From Myxococcota bacterium (GTDB taxonomy: Bacteria > Myxococcota_A > UBA796 > CAJQPC01), in NCBI GenBank assembly GCA_036012755.1, contig DASCPX010000040.1:1-64000 (forward strand): DNA of 64,000 nt. The letters are read 5' to 3'. Every line of letters begins with the position of its first letter. The stretch's first letter is position 1. Both the position numbers and the translations under genes were made by a program. Shown here one piece after another: positions 49,415 through 60,033 of the stretch. The notes under the pieces are model-generated. The model saw only the letters and a program-made list of their open reading frames with translations, made no database searches and was not told the DNA's origin.

Positions 49415-49944
49415 CCGCAGCTCCGGAGCAACAGGGAGTTGTCGTCGTCGACTCCGATGCCCTCCGCCTCGATCGCGTCTCGAAGAGCGCGACGGGCGGC
49501 GTGGAGACGGGAGTAGACCGTGCCGACGGGGATGCCGAGCATCGCCGTCACCTCCGGCGCGGTGCGGCCCTCGAGATCGCAGAGCACGACGACCTCGCGG
49601 TGGTCGTCCCGCAGTCGCTCCAGCGCGTACTGGACGGCACGCCGGCGGCGGAGGCGAGCCGCCTCCTCGTCGGTCTGGACCGGGCTCACCGGCTCGGCGA
49701 TCTGGTCGAGACCAAGGACCTTGCGGAAGGAAGCGCGGCGCCGCTTGTTCGCCAGCACCCGGCGCGTGATGCCATAGAGCCAGGTCGTGATGCGGCTCTC
49801 GCCACGGAAGCTGCCCAGCCGCTTCAGCGCGACCTCGAAGACCTCCTGAGCGCAGTCCTCCGGGTCGAGGTGGGGTCCCCCGAGCCGGATGCACCAGCCA
49901 AGGACGAGGCGGGCGTGCTCCCGGTAGAAGGTCGCCGGGTCCAT
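49411..49944 (-). CDS. ECF-type RNA polymerase sigma-70 factor
   Basis: EDCAQEVF, F.GES..TTWLYGI, VVLCDLEG, LGIPVGTVYSRLH.AR. Confidence 0.92.
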   Translation of the reverse strand: MDPATFYREHARLVLGWCIRLGGPHLDPEDCAQEVFEVALKRLGSFRGESRITTWLYGITRRVLANKRRRASFRKVLGLDQIAEPVSPVQTDEEAARLRRRRAVQYALERLRDDHREVVVLCDLEGRTAPEVTAMLGIPVGTVYSRLHAARRALRDAIEAEGIGVDDDNSLLLRSCG

Positions 49945-50801
49945 CAGCTGCGCCCCGCTTCGCGAGCGACGTGGAACTCGAGCTGGGCGGTGACGGGCTC
50001 GAAGTAGAGGGTGTCGCTGGAGCCGACCCGGAAGACGCGATCCGAGAGGAACACGGTGCCCTCGACCGTCACCGCGATGCCGATGCCGACAGCCACGGCG
50101 CCGGGCTGGAAGGAGTCGCCCCACCAGCGGAGGCGCGCGGTCGCGCCGGGGACGACCAGGCTGAGCACCTCGTCTCCAGCCTCGTCGGCGTAGTGGAGGA
50201 AGCGTGTCTGGGTCGCGAGCGCGGGCTCGATGGCACCGGCGGGCAGCGGCAGGTACAGGCCGACCTGGGCCCCGACTCCGAGGCGACGTCCAAACCACGT
50301 CGGTGAGTCCGCCGACTCGAGCTGCTCGGCCAGGTCCGCGAGCACGACCGCCGAGGCGCTGAGCGAGCGTACCCTCACGCCCACCTCCCCGGCCAGCCGC
50401 ACGGGGGGGCCGTGCCAGGGCAGCCCGGGCCCGCCGGTGAGGCCGACACGGAGTATCGGAGGGCTGGTGTCGGCCAGCTCCGGGCGGGGAACAGGGTCGG
50501 GCCTGGGTTCTGGGAGCCAGCCGCTGTCGCTGGGCTCGAGCTCGGTCGTCCAGCTGCGAACGAGGAGGACCTGCGTGAGCACATCGGGGCTCACGACCTC
50601 CACGCGCGAGCTGTCCCCATCCACCAGGTGCAGCTGTCCCTCTTCGTACCAGACGCCCTGAGTCCCCACCGGACCGACCAGGACGTGGATGTCCGAATCC
50701 GGCCAGTGCGTTTCGAGGGCCCGGGTGATCTCGACCGCCTCGTCGATGTCCTCGACCCACCAGTCGATGGCCGACGCCATGGAGCAACACAACAGCAGCA
50801 T
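49944..50801 (-). CDS. secreted, possibly outer-membrane beta-rich protein
   Basis: Short signal peptide MLLLCCSMASA; amphipathic strands in the C-terminal half; coupled to the ECF gene. Confidence 0.65.
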   Translation of the reverse strand: MLLLCCSMASAIDWWVEDIDEAVEITRALETHWPDSDIHVLVGPVGTQGVWYEEGQLHLVDGDSSRVEVVSPDVLTQVLLVRSWTTELEPSDSGWLPEPRPDPVPRPELADTSPPILRVGLTGGPGLPWHGPPVRLAGEVGVRVRSLSASAVVLADLAEQLESADSPTWFGRRLGVGAQVGLYLPLPAGAIEPALATQTRFLHYADEAGDEVLSLVVPGATARLRWWGDSFQPGAVAVGIGIAVTVEGTVFLSDRVFRVGSSDTLYFEPVTAQLEFHVAREAGRS

Positions 50802-50883
50802 GACAGAGGTGTACATCGGGCTTACCCCGATTGGTGTCCCGACCGGACCGATCCCTTCGCCGCGCCTGCCTCGGAGCGCCCGC

Positions 50884-51714
50884 GTGAGAGCCCTCGAGCA
50901 CGTCCTCAGCCAGGATCCACCGGACTCGCCGAGCTCGGTGGAGCAATGGTGGGAGGGCTATCGCGCGCTCCCCTGGTCCGATTCCTGGGAGCTCGCGCTG
51001 GTCGGCGGCTGGTCCTCGGCGTGCATGGGCTACGCCTTCGCCAGCGGCTACCAGGGTGCCGCGCGCGCGCTCTTCGCCGATCCCACCGAGCTCTGGGCGC
51101 TCTGTGCCACGGAGACCGCCGGCAACCACCCCCGAGCCATAGAGACCCGCCTGGATGCCGGGCGGCTCTACGGAGAGAAGAGCTTCGTCACCCTCGGCAT
51201 GGCGGCGACTCGCCTCGCGGTGGTCTGCCACGAGGGCACCGTAGCGGGACGCAAGCGGATCCGAGTCGCGCTCGTCGAGGCGGGGGCGGTGGAGATGCAG
51301 GCGATCCCGCCGCTATCGGTGATCCCCGAGATCGGTCACGCGCGCTGCGTTCTCGACGGCGTGGAGGCCGCAGAGGTCCTCGACGGGGACGGCTACCTGC
51401 GCGTGCTCAAGCCCTTCCGCACCATCGAGGATCTGCACGTCCAGATTGCCTTCTGCGGGCTCGTCCTTCGCCACCTCGAGGAGCGCTCCGATCGAGCCGA
51501 GGTCGTCGCCAGGGTGACGGCGCTGGCCGCGCTGACCCGTGAGGATCCCCTCGATCCCTCGGTACACATCGCCCTCGGCGGTCTGCTGGAGTGGGACATC
51601 GAGCGCCTGGGCACGGCGATCCCGAACTGGGAGCGTGACCGCGCGCTGCTGGGGGTCGCGGCGGGGGCCCAAGCACGGCGCCTGGAGCGCGCCTGGGATC
51701 AGATGTCCTTGTAG
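50884..51714 (+). CDS. acyl-CoA dehydrogenase-like protein (short form)
   Basis: AFASGYQ.A, ALCATE, L.GEKSFVT, KPFRTIED; start inferred. Confidence 0.7.
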   Translation: MRALEHVLSQDPPDSPSSVEQWWEGYRALPWSDSWELALVGGWSSACMGYAFASGYQGAARALFADPTELWALCATETAGNHPRAIETRLDAGRLYGEKSFVTLGMAATRLAVVCHEGTVAGRKRIRVALVEAGAVEMQAIPPLSVIPEIGHARCVLDGVEAAEVLDGDGYLRVLKPFRTIEDLHVQIAFCGLVLRHLEERSDRAEVVARVTALAALTREDPLDPSVHIALGGLLEWDIERLGTAIPNWERDRALLGVAAGAQARRLERAWDQMSL

Positions 51715-52883
51715 GAGGTCTTCCGGCCCCGCAGCTTGACGCCCGCGAAGGCAAGCAGCGCGAGCACCACCAGGACCGGCCCGAAGACGATGGGGTCGGC
51801 CTTGCGATAGCTGACCAGGTAGTCGACCCAGAACGCCAGGCCGATGGGATGCAGCGCGCCGTCGGGGCCGTCGAAGCGCATGGCGTCGACCGAGCCCCGG
51901 ATGGCCGTGTCGACCTGGGAGAGGTCGCCGTCGCCCTCGCCCTTGGGGCGCGTCACCGCCCAGGTGAGCACCTGGCCCTGGTCATAAGGCGCCACGGCCA
52001 TCTCTATGAAGCGATCCTGGATCTCGGGGAGGGTGTAGAGGAAGGCCAGGCGCTCGTCGGCACCGGTCGTGACCCTGGACGCGCTCTTCACGGTCTCGGC
52101 GCTGGCGCCGAAGAAGTGCTGGCGGATGCCGAGATCCTGGCCCTCGAAGCTGTGCTCGTCGATGACGCCGATGTAGAGCGGATAGGCGCCGCAGCTCAGC
52201 ATCAGCGCGGCCTCACCGTCGGGGTAGGGGTGGACCGCGACCCAGCAGGTGTCCGGTTCGATCTCGTGCTTCAGGAGCTCGCTGGCCAGGCGACGGGTCT
52301 CGCCGAGTTCCGTCTTCAGCGGGTTCCGCCAGCCCGGCGGGAGCTGGGTCTCGTAGCCGGCGGGCGCTCCGAAGTCGTTCAGGGTGGAGGTGTCCTCTGC
52401 CGGCTTGCCGATCTCGAGATGCTCGTCCCAGGTGTCGAGGGCGTCCTCGGCCCGTGACCGATTGCGGGTCACGGCCATCGCCGAGACGTGCACCGTGCGC
52501 CCGCTGACCGGGAAGCTCCGCTGGAGCAGCAGCGCCTGCTGCTGCCCGTTGAAGCGGTAGGAGAGCTCGATCTCGGCGCGCTTGGTGCCGTCGACGTCGA
52601 CGACCCCGGTCGAGACCATCTCGACCTTGTCGTGCCCCTCCTCGCGCAGCCGCTCCGCCGCCAGCCCCGCCCAGATCCGGGCGCTGTCATCGTCGATGTC
52701 GACCTGCCACATCGTGTAGCCCACGTGGACCGAGACCGTGTTGCGATCGTCCACCGCGTCGAGATCCCAGTCGCTCCAGCGGGGCACCGACCATTCATCG
52801 GGCAGCGTCGCCGTGATCCCTACGTCGCCGATGTAGAGTTCGTCGTCTTCGGCCATCGCCAAACCGGCCAGCAACCACATCAT
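51699..52883 (-). CDS. secreted protein with C-terminal membrane anchor
   Basis: MMWLLAGLAMA signal; C-terminal TM plus basic tail. Confidence 0.72.
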   Translation of the reverse strand: MMWLLAGLAMAEDDELYIGDVGITATLPDEWSVPRWSDWDLDAVDDRNTVSVHVGYTMWQVDIDDDSARIWAGLAAERLREEGHDKVEMVSTGVVDVDGTKRAEIELSYRFNGQQQALLLQRSFPVSGRTVHVSAMAVTRNRSRAEDALDTWDEHLEIGKPAEDTSTLNDFGAPAGYETQLPPGWRNPLKTELGETRRLASELLKHEIEPDTCWVAVHPYPDGEAALMLSCGAYPLYIGVIDEHSFEGQDLGIRQHFFGASAETVKSASRVTTGADERLAFLYTLPEIQDRFIEMAVAPYDQGQVLTWAVTRPKGEGDGDLSQVDTAIRGSVDAMRFDGPDGALHPIGLAFWVDYLVSYRKADPIVFGPVLVVLALLAFAGVKLRGRKTSYKDI

Positions 52884-52953
52884 TCGACAAGCCCTCTCGG
52901 TGTGGCAGGTCTATAGCCCCTGATAGACTCGGCTGTCGCACCCCCCACGGGAC

Positions 52954-54450
52954 ATGGCACCCCGAAACCACCGTCTCCGCGTGCTCGTGATCGAAGACGA
53001 CCTCACGAGCGCGACCCTGATTCGAAAGGTCCTTGAGAGCCGAGGCCACGAGGCGGTGGTCTGCGAGACCGCCGAGGATGGGCTGGAGGCACACGAGCGC
53101 ACGCCGTTTTCCTTGATGGTCGTCGACTGGTTGCTGCCCGGAATGAGCGGGGTCGAGTTCTGCGAGGAGGTCCGCACCGCCGCCGCGAACGTCGACGTCG
53201 TGATCCTGATGGTCACGGGACGCGACAGCGCAGAGGACCTGGCGACGGTGCTCGCCGCCGGAGCGTCGGACTTCCTCGCCAAGCCGCTCCCACCGAGCCA
53301 CCTCGCGACCCGCCTGGCCGTCGCCGAGCGGACCGTGGGCGAGCGACACCGGCGGCGTCAGGTCGAGACCGCCCTGTCAGTGGCCAAGGCGGAGTTCGAG
53401 ATCATCTTCAGGTCGATCCCGGACGCGGTCGTCTTCACCGACGGCGACGAGCTCATCCAGCGGGTGAACCCGGCGTTTTCCCAGCTCTTCGGCTTCGACC
53501 AGGACGAGGTCATCGGAAAGAAGGTAGGCGTCCTGGTCGCCAGGCGGTCGGCCCTTCCGGTCGCGCGCTTCGACGCAGAGGACCGCGGGACCACCGCCGT
53601 CCTCGCCCGCAAGGAGGGGAGCCAGTTCGTCGCGGACATCACCAAGGCAGAGGTGCGCGACGGCGAGGGGCGGGTCACCGGCGACCTGACGATCTTCCGA
53701 GACATCACCGAGCAGAGGCGACTCGAAGCGCGCCTGCAGGTCGCAGATCGCATGGCTTCGATGGGCACCCTCGCCGCCGGCGTCGCCCACGAGATCAACA
53801 ACCCCCTCACCTTCATCATGGGGAACCTGAACTACCTCGGCGCCGAGCTGCGCGAGATGGCGCAGGTCGACACGTCCCCGCGGCTCAGGGAGCTCGAGCA
53901 GACCGTGAAGGAGGCGCTGGAGGGCAGCGACCGTGTCCGGCGCATCGTGCGCGAGCTGAAGGCCTTCGCCCGTGGAGACGAAGACGAGGTCGGGCCTGTC
54001 GACGTCCACGAGGTGCTGGAGAAGACGCTGTCCCTGGCCAAGAACAACATCCGCCACAAGGCCCAGCTCGTGCGCGACTACGGCGAGGTGCCGCCGGTCC
54101 ACGGGAACCCCTCGAAGCTCGGGCAGGTCTTCCTGAACCTCCTCGTCAACGCCGCGGAGGCCTTGCCCGCCGGCCGCGCCCCGGAACACGAGATCCGACT
54201 GAAGACCGGCTTGGCAGAGGACGGCCGCGTAGTCGTGAGCGTCAGCGACAGCGGTCCCGGGGTTCCCCCAGAGGTCCGCGCCGAGATCTTCAACCCCTTC
54301 TACACGACCAAGCCGGTCGGCCAGGGCACCGGCCTGGGCCTGGCGATCTGCCACGGCATCGTGACGAGCCTCGGCGGAGAGATCATGCTCGACTCCCAGG
54401 AGGGCCACGGCGCCACCTTCACCGTCTGGCTGCTGACCGAGGCAGCGTGA
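52954..54450 (+). CDS. hybrid receiver-PAS-histidine kinase
   Basis: REC (IEDD, VDW.LP, KP), PAS, H-box AHEINNPL, N/G1/F/G2 boxes. Confidence 0.93.
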   Translation: MAPRNHRLRVLVIEDDLTSATLIRKVLESRGHEAVVCETAEDGLEAHERTPFSLMVVDWLLPGMSGVEFCEEVRTAAANVDVVILMVTGRDSAEDLATVLAAGASDFLAKPLPPSHLATRLAVAERTVGERHRRRQVETALSVAKAEFEIIFRSIPDAVVFTDGDELIQRVNPAFSQLFGFDQDEVIGKKVGVLVARRSALPVARFDAEDRGTTAVLARKEGSQFVADITKAEVRDGEGRVTGDLTIFRDITEQRRLEARLQVADRMASMGTLAAGVAHEINNPLTFIMGNLNYLGAELREMAQVDTSPRLRELEQTVKEALEGSDRVRRIVRELKAFARGDEDEVGPVDVHEVLEKTLSLAKNNIRHKAQLVRDYGEVPPVHGNPSKLGQVFLNLLVNAAEALPAGRAPEHEIRLKTGLAEDGRVVVSVSDSGPGVPPEVRAEIFNPFYTTKPVGQGTGLGLAICHGIVTSLGGEIMLDSQEGHGATFTVWLLTEAA

Positions 54451-54953
54451 TCCCGGCCGCGGCGACCCTGGTCGTCATCCTGGCGACCAACTCGGTGGGT
54501 GAGGAGCCGATCGGCACCTGGGATGGCGCAGGTGACGCCGCCCACGACGGCTTCTTCCGCTACGACGACACCATCGAGGGCGAGGTGTGGCAGTCCTTTC
54601 GCCTGCGCAACGAGGGCGACGAGGACCTCGTCATCAGCCTGTTCGAGACCTGGACGGACGGAGGCCTCGACTGGGACTTCGACTCTTGCGGGGCCGCCGT
54701 CGACCTCGCGCCTGGAGAGGACTGCGAGATCCGCTCCACCTACGACGCCGCCAAGTCCGTCGAGGGCTACATGGAGGCGGAGTTCGTCGTGCACAGCGAC
54801 GACGAAGAGCGCCCCGAGCTGTCGATCGTCGTGTCCGCCAAAAAGCAAGGAGAGGGCTGCAACACCGCCGGCCCAGGAGGCTCCTTCTGGCTGCTCGGGT
54901 TGGCTCTCTTCGGCCTCCGGCGACGACTGGGAACGAACCGTGACCCAAGGTGA
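54447..54953 (+). CDS. small Ig-like protein with MYXO-CTERM tail
   Basis: LRNEG..DL.I, LAPGEDC; C-terminal GCNTAG...WLLGLALFGLRRR. Confidence 0.7.
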   Translation: MIPAAATLVVILATNSVGEEPIGTWDGAGDAAHDGFFRYDDTIEGEVWQSFRLRNEGDEDLVISLFETWTDGGLDWDFDSCGAAVDLAPGEDCEIRSTYDAAKSVEGYMEAEFVVHSDDEERPELSIVVSAKKQGEGCNTAGPGGSFWLLGLALFGLRRRLGTNRDPR

Positions 54954-54992
54954 CACGCGCACGCGCGATGGTGCTCTCTTCGGTGGGCGAGA

Positions 54993-55541
54993 TTGGCCCA
55001 CGTGCTCGACATCAGCCGGACCGTCTCGCCGCTGGCGCTGATCGCCGAGGTCCGGGAGCGTCCATGGGATCTCTGGCGTCCGGGCTACCTCGTCCACCAA
55101 TGGGGCAGCCGCGTGCGCGTCCTCCAGCTGGAGGATTCAGAGGCCCGAGCTCGGGATGTCGACCTTCAGCGCTGGAGCTGGCAGCGCTCCGACCGCAACG
55201 TCCTCGCTGACTGGCTGCGGGCACTCAGGGACCTGACTCCGGCGCGGCGGACACCTGACTACGCGGTGGCCAAGGCCGCCCGTGAGGCCGCGCAGACGGC
55301 CCTGGCAAGACACGACACGGCGATGGCCGTCGACATGATCCGAGGCGGACTGGCGGCGGAGGGGCGCGACGAGCTGCTCCGGGTCCTGGAGATCCGGGCT
55401 CTCTACGCTCACGAAGAGCTCTCTCGGCTCGAGGCCGACTTCGCCTTGAAGGCCCTCCCCCTGGTCGGGCGTCGCGCCAGGGGCATGGCGACCCAGGTCA
55501 AGGCTTCACTCGCTCCCGTAGTGTGGCGATCTGCCTGCTGA
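54993..55541 (+). CDS. hypothetical protein
   Basis: ORF fills the gap before argH; start uncertain. Confidence 0.5.
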   Translation: MAHVLDISRTVSPLALIAEVRERPWDLWRPGYLVHQWGSRVRVLQLEDSEARARDVDLQRWSWQRSDRNVLADWLRALRDLTPARRTPDYAVAKAAREAAQTALARHDTAMAVDMIRGGLAAEGRDELLRVLEIRALYAHEELSRLEADFALKALPLVGRRARGMATQVKASLAPVVWRSAC

Positions 55542-56865
55542 TCTCACTCCAGGCGGTGCCGCCGAAGCTCGTGCGCCGCTCCACGGAGGCCTCGGCGTCC
55601 AGCCATGACAGGGCCTCCTCGTCGAAGAGGGGGTGGTGCTCTCGCAGCACGTCGACGTCGAGGATCTCGAAGCCGGCGCCGCGGTCCTCGCAGTACTTCA
55701 CCAGCGCGCCGGCGATGTGGTGGGCCTCGCGGAAGGGCACGCCCCGGGCCGCCAGGTAGTCGGCGAGCTCGGTGGCGAGCGAGAAGTCCCCGACGAGGCG
55801 CTCCGAGTAGGCGTCGTCGATGCTCAGGGTGCGCCACATGCCGGCGCAGATGCGCGCACAGGCCGTCGTCGTGCGCACCGCGTCGAAGAGGGCCTCGCGG
55901 TCCTCCTGGAGGTCGCGGTTGTAGGCCAGCGGCAGACCCTTCACCATCACCAGGAGAGCGTTGAGCGAGCCGATGACACGCCCGGACTTGCCCCGGACGA
56001 GCTCGGCGGCGTCGGGGTTGCGCTTCTGCGGCATGATGCTCGAGCCGGTCGAGTAGCCCTCGCCCATGCGCACGATGCCGAACTCGGGGGTCGACCACAG
56101 CACGAGCTCCTCGGCCATGCGCGAGAGGTGGGTCATGGCGATGGCGCAGAGGCTGGCGACCTCGAGCTCGTGGTCGCGGCTGGCGACCGCGTCCATGGCG
56201 TTGTCCATGGGCTCGCCGAGATCGAGGAGCTCGGCGGTGCGATGTCGGTCGATGGGGTGCGGAGTCCCGGCCATCGCGCAGGCCCCGAGCGGGCAGCGCC
56301 GCACCCGCGCGAGCGCATCTGCGAGGCGGCCCCGATCCCTCTCGAGCATCCAGGCGTAGGCCAGCAGGTGGTGGGCGAGCCAGATGGGCTGTCCTCGCTG
56401 GAGATGGGTGAAGCCCGGCATCAGGGTGCGCCCGTCGGACTCGGCGCGGTCGACGAGCGCGAGGACCAGGCCGCGGAGCGCGTCGTCGAGGTGGGCGAGG
56501 TTGTCGACGAGCCAGAGGCGCACGTCGGTGGCCACCTGGTCGTTCCTCGAGCGGGCCGTGTGGAGCTTGCCGCCGGCCTCGGTCAGCTGGGTGAGCCGAG
56601 ACTCGACGGCCATGTGGACGTCCTCGAGCTCCATGCCCGGTGCGTAGGTCCCGTCGGAGAGCTCGGCGGCGACCCGGGCGAGGCCCTCCTCGATGGCAGC
56701 GAGCTCCTCGGCGCTCAAGAGCCCGACCTCAAAAAGCATGCGCGCATGGGCCCGCGAGCCACGGATGTCCTGGTCGGCCATCTGCAGATCAACGCCGAGG
56801 GACTCGCTGAAAGCCTGCATCTCGGCGGCGGGGCCACCCTCGAAGCGTCCGTCCCAGAGAGGCAT
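55498..56865 (-). CDS. argH: argininosuccinate lyase
   Basis: [53 protein letters not shown]. Confidence 0.97.
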   Translation of the reverse strand: MPLWDGRFEGGPAAEMQAFSESLGVDLQMADQDIRGSRAHARMLFEVGLLSAEELAAIEEGLARVAAELSDGTYAPGMELEDVHMAVESRLTQLTEAGGKLHTARSRNDQVATDVRLWLVDNLAHLDDALRGLVLALVDRAESDGRTLMPGFTHLQRGQPIWLAHHLLAYAWMLERDRGRLADALARVRRCPLGACAMAGTPHPIDRHRTAELLDLGEPMDNAMDAVASRDHELEVASLCAIAMTHLSRMAEELVLWSTPEFGIVRMGEGYSTGSSIMPQKRNPDAAELVRGKSGRVIGSLNALLVMVKGLPLAYNRDLQEDREALFDAVRTTTACARICAGMWRTLSIDDAYSERLVGDFSLATELADYLAARGVPFREAHHIAGALVKYCEDRGAGFEILDVDVLREHHPLFDEEALSWLDAEASVERRTSFGGTAWSEISRQIATLRERVKP

Positions 56866-58094
56866 CAGGCCTTCTTGCGCTTCTTGAACTCCGGCTGGCC
56901 CGTGCGGCGGCGGACCTCGGCGATCGTCTTGTAGGGCAGTCCATAGAGCGCCATGAAGCCCTCTGCCCGGGTGCGGTCGAAGGTGTCCCCGTCGCTGTAG
57001 GTGGCGAGGCCCTCGTCGTAGAGCGAGTAGGGGCTGCGGCGGCCGGTGATGCGGGCGAGCCCGGCGCTCACGCGAACCCGGACCTCGCCGGTCACCGTGC
57101 GCTGGGACTCCTCGAGGAAGGCCTGGAGGCACTCGCGCAGCGGGCTGAACCACAGGCCGTCGTAGATCAGGTTCGCGAAGTCCTGGGACAGCTTGCGCTT
57201 GGTGTTGAAGGTGGCGCGGTCCATGCAGATCCGCTCGAGCTCCGTGTGGGCCATGTGGAGCAGGGTCGCCGCGGGGGCCTCGTAGACCTCGCGAGACTTC
57301 AGCCCGACGACGCGGTTCTCGACCATGTCGATGCGTCCGACGCCGAAGTGACCGGCGGTGTCGTTGAGGAACCCGACGATCTTCGTGGGGCTCATCGCGC
57401 GCCCGTCGATGCTGCAAGGGGTGCCCTGCTCGAAGCCGAGGATCAGCTCGACGCTGCCCTTGGGAGCGTGGCTGGGGTCCTTGGTCATGATCCAGGCGTC
57501 CTCTGGAGGCTCGACCCAGAGATCCTCCATCTCGCCGCACTCGATGGCGCAGCCCCAGATGTTCTGGTCGATCGAGTAGGGCTTCTCCAGGGTGATGGGG
57601 ACGGGGATGCCGCGCGCGGTGCAGTACTCGACCTCCATCTCCCGGGTGAGGAGCTCCCACTCGCGCAGGGGCGCGATGATCTTCAGCTGCGGCGCGAGGC
57701 TCTGGATCGCGACCTCGAAGCGGACCTGGTCGTTGCCCTTGCCGGTGCACCCGTGGGAGACGGCGTCCGCGCCGTTGGCGAGCGCCACCTCGACGAGCTT
57801 CCTGGCCAACAGCGGTCGGCCCAGGGCCGTGTGCATCGGGTACATGCCCTCGTAGACCGCCGATGCGTGGAGGGCGGGCACGATGTAGTCGTCGACGAAC
57901 TCCTCCGTGAGGTCCTCGACGACCGCCTTGACGGCGCCGGTGTTCAGGGCCTTCTGCTTGATGGCGCCAAGGTCTTCGTTCTGGCCGAGATCGCCCGTGA
58001 AGGTCAGGATCTCGGCGCCGCCGTAGTTCTCTGACAGCCAGGGGATCATGCAGGAGGTGTCGAGACCTCCGGAGTATGCGGTGACGATCTTCAT
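56865..58094 (-). CDS. argG: argininosuccinate synthase
   Basis: AYSGGLDTS, HGCTGKGNDQVRFE, ENRVVGLKSREVYEAP. Confidence 0.98.
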   Translation of the reverse strand: MKIVTAYSGGLDTSCMIPWLSENYGGAEILTFTGDLGQNEDLGAIKQKALNTGAVKAVVEDLTEEFVDDYIVPALHASAVYEGMYPMHTALGRPLLARKLVEVALANGADAVSHGCTGKGNDQVRFEVAIQSLAPQLKIIAPLREWELLTREMEVEYCTARGIPVPITLEKPYSIDQNIWGCAIECGEMEDLWVEPPEDAWIMTKDPSHAPKGSVELILGFEQGTPCSIDGRAMSPTKIVGFLNDTAGHFGVGRIDMVENRVVGLKSREVYEAPAATLLHMAHTELERICMDRATFNTKRKLSQDFANLIYDGLWFSPLRECLQAFLEESQRTVTGEVRVRVSAGLARITGRRSPYSLYDEGLATYSDGDTFDRTRAEGFMALYGLPYKTIAEVRRRTGQPEFKKRKKA

Positions 58095-58558
58095 AGGGCG
58101 CTCACATCTGCGAGGACTTCGAGCTTGCGGATGTCGTCCGCGAGCTCCGTGATCTTGGAGGGTTCGACGGGGATCAGCAGCACCGTGTCATCCCCAGCCA
58201 CGGTGCCGAGGACGTTGTCGTGACCCCAGTGGTCGAGGAAGCCCGCGACGCCCTCGGCCCGCCCGGCGAGGGTGCGGATCACGACGAGGTGCCCGTTGTG
58301 ACGGACGTTGAGGATCTCCATTCCGACCATGCGGCGAAGCACCTCGATGTAGCCGGCGCTCTTGTCTGCCTTGTAGAGAGGACCGGCCGGGGTGTTGCGG
58401 CGGATGATGCCCATGTCACGCAGGTCGCGGGAGAGCGTCGCCTGGGTGCAGTGGATCGCCTCCACCGCGAGCAGCTTGACGAGCTCCTCCTGGGAGCCGA
58501 TCCGGTATTCATGGATCAGGCGCTTGATGGCGCTACGGCGGAGGTCACGGGCTGTCAT
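58091..58558 (-). CDS. argR: arginine repressor
   Basis: SQEELV..L, TQATLSRDL, VIRT..G.A, GTVAGDDT. Confidence 0.95.
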   Translation of the reverse strand: MTARDLRRSAIKRLIHEYRIGSQEELVKLLAVEAIHCTQATLSRDLRDMGIIRRNTPAGPLYKADKSAGYIEVLRRMVGMEILNVRHNGHLVVIRTLAGRAEGVAGFLDHWGHDNVLGTVAGDDTVLLIPVEPSKITELADDIRKLEVLADVSAL

Positions 58559-58609
58559 CGGCCGCGCATATACACCGACGTGCATGACCATGCAACGCAT
58601 ATTCATGCG
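58559..58609 (-). promoter_or_regulatory. arg operon promoter with ARG boxes
   Basis: Minus strand TTGCAT-17-TATATG; palindromes TGCATGACCATGCA 58581-58594 and CGCATATTCATGCG 58596-58609. Confidence 0.7.
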
Positions 58610-58614
58610 TCAGC

Positions 58615-59985
58615 TCAGAGGTCGGCCTTGTCCCAGCAGAGCGACAGGATGTTGTCCGCCTCCGGCTCATAGGTGATGCCATCGATCACCGGCATCGGAG
58701 TCGTGTCGAGCACTATTTCCTTGCACGCGCGGGTCTCCCTCTTGGAGAACTCCAGGTCCTCTGGGGCCGGGCCCGTGCCCGCGACGCTGCCGTCCGGCCA
58801 ATAAACCGGGATCGTGCCGCTCTCCACCGTCGGCCGCTCCGCCCCGAGGCCGACGAGGATCGTGTCGTCGGCGAGGGGCTTGATGCGAGCGGGCTGCACT
58901 GTCACGAGGTGAGCCGAGCAGTTCGTCTTCACCACCGCGCCCGTGCGCTCCATGCCCTCGAACTCGTAGATCTCCCCGATCCGGAAGGCCTGGCCGATGC
59001 GGCTGGAGTCGTAGCCGGGGATCTTCACGGGACCGGCGAGGGTGACCCCGACGCCTCCGCTCGAGGTGGGCTGGACGACCTGCTCTGATTCCACCGGCGG
59101 CCTCGCCTCGCTCAGGCCGTAGCCGAGGCCAACCGAGCCCTTCGGAAGGGCGGCGTCGAAGAGGAAGTCCCCCGTGTCCGCGCGCACGACGAGCTCGGAG
59201 TCGGCGATCCGCGTCTTGCCATCGAGTGGGTAGATCGCGACCCCCGCGTCGACCGTGGTCGATGTCTCGTCCGAGTAGGTCACCTCGAAGGTCCTCGGCA
59301 CCACAAGCGCGAGATCCTCCTTCGCCACCCAGAGATCGAGCACGTAGCCGTCGAGGCCGTTGTTCGGCAGCGCGTGGCAAGCGCCGCCGGGACTGCCGAG
59401 GGTGCGGACGTGGAGGAGGTCCCCGTCCTCGATGACCTCGACCGGCATCAGATCGACGCCCGGCTCGCGAAGCGCGGCCTGCATGCGGACCGGCGACGCA
59501 TCGTCCGACGAACGGAGCAGCGGCGCCCCGGCCCAGACCAGCACGACCTGGTTCTTGTCGAGCTTCGAGGTCCGGGTATCCGTCATCCAGTCACGCCCAG
59601 CCCAGCCCCACTCCGCCTCGACGGACCAGTCGAGCAGCTTCAGCTTCGTCCCGCCGTCATCCTTGACGCCGCGCGGCGCGCTCGTGGTCGAGGTCTTCTC
59701 CCGGCGCTCGTCCGGGTTCAGGAGCAGCGAAGGCGTCGCGATCTCGACCTCGTCGACCGGATCGCCCTTGAAGACGTGCACGAGGACCTCGGCCTTGCGG
59801 CCCTCGTGCTTCGCCTCGACGAAGACCACGTAGTCGGTCTTTCCGAGTGTCATGGGGAAGTGCTGCTCGTAGGGCAGCGCGACAGACTCATCGACGAGCG
59901 CGTGGCCCAGAGGGTCGACGACCTTCAGGTCCATGGCGAGGTCGTGATCGGCAGCAAGGGACAGCGACGACAGCAGCGCGAGCAC
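58615..59985 (-). CDS. hypothetical secreted protein
   Basis: GTG start after AGGAGG; signal peptide VLALLSSLSLA. Confidence 0.7.
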   Translation of the reverse strand: MLALLSSLSLAADHDLAMDLKVVDPLGHALVDESVALPYEQHFPMTLGKTDYVVFVEAKHEGRKAEVLVHVFKGDPVDEVEIATPSLLLNPDERREKTSTTSAPRGVKDDGGTKLKLLDWSVEAEWGWAGRDWMTDTRTSKLDKNQVVLVWAGAPLLRSSDDASPVRMQAALREPGVDLMPVEVIEDGDLLHVRTLGSPGGACHALPNNGLDGYVLDLWVAKEDLALVVPRTFEVTYSDETSTTVDAGVAIYPLDGKTRIADSELVVRADTGDFLFDAALPKGSVGLGYGLSEARPPVESEQVVQPTSSGGVGVTLAGPVKIPGYDSSRIGQAFRIGEIYEFEGMERTGAVVKTNCSAHLVTVQPARIKPLADDTILVGLGAERPTVESGTIPVYWPDGSVAGTGPAPEDLEFSKRETRACKEIVLDTTPMPVIDGITYEPEADNILSLCWDKADL

Positions 59986-60033
59986 GGGGAGCCTCCTGGA
60001 AGGCAGCTGCGATAACCCGGTTAGTCCCGCCCG

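Noticed and set aside
51412..51428. 17-bp exact copy (CCCTTCCGCACCATCGA) of the tRNA-Leu 3-prime end (7648-7664), suggesting attL/attR of a ~44 kb island
   Set aside because: The copy lies inside an uninterrupted ORF, encoding part of its KPFRTIED motif. There is no integrase, and the interval holds housekeeping genes (thiC, ilvE) with uniform composition. Probably coincidental; synteny comparison with relatives would settle it.
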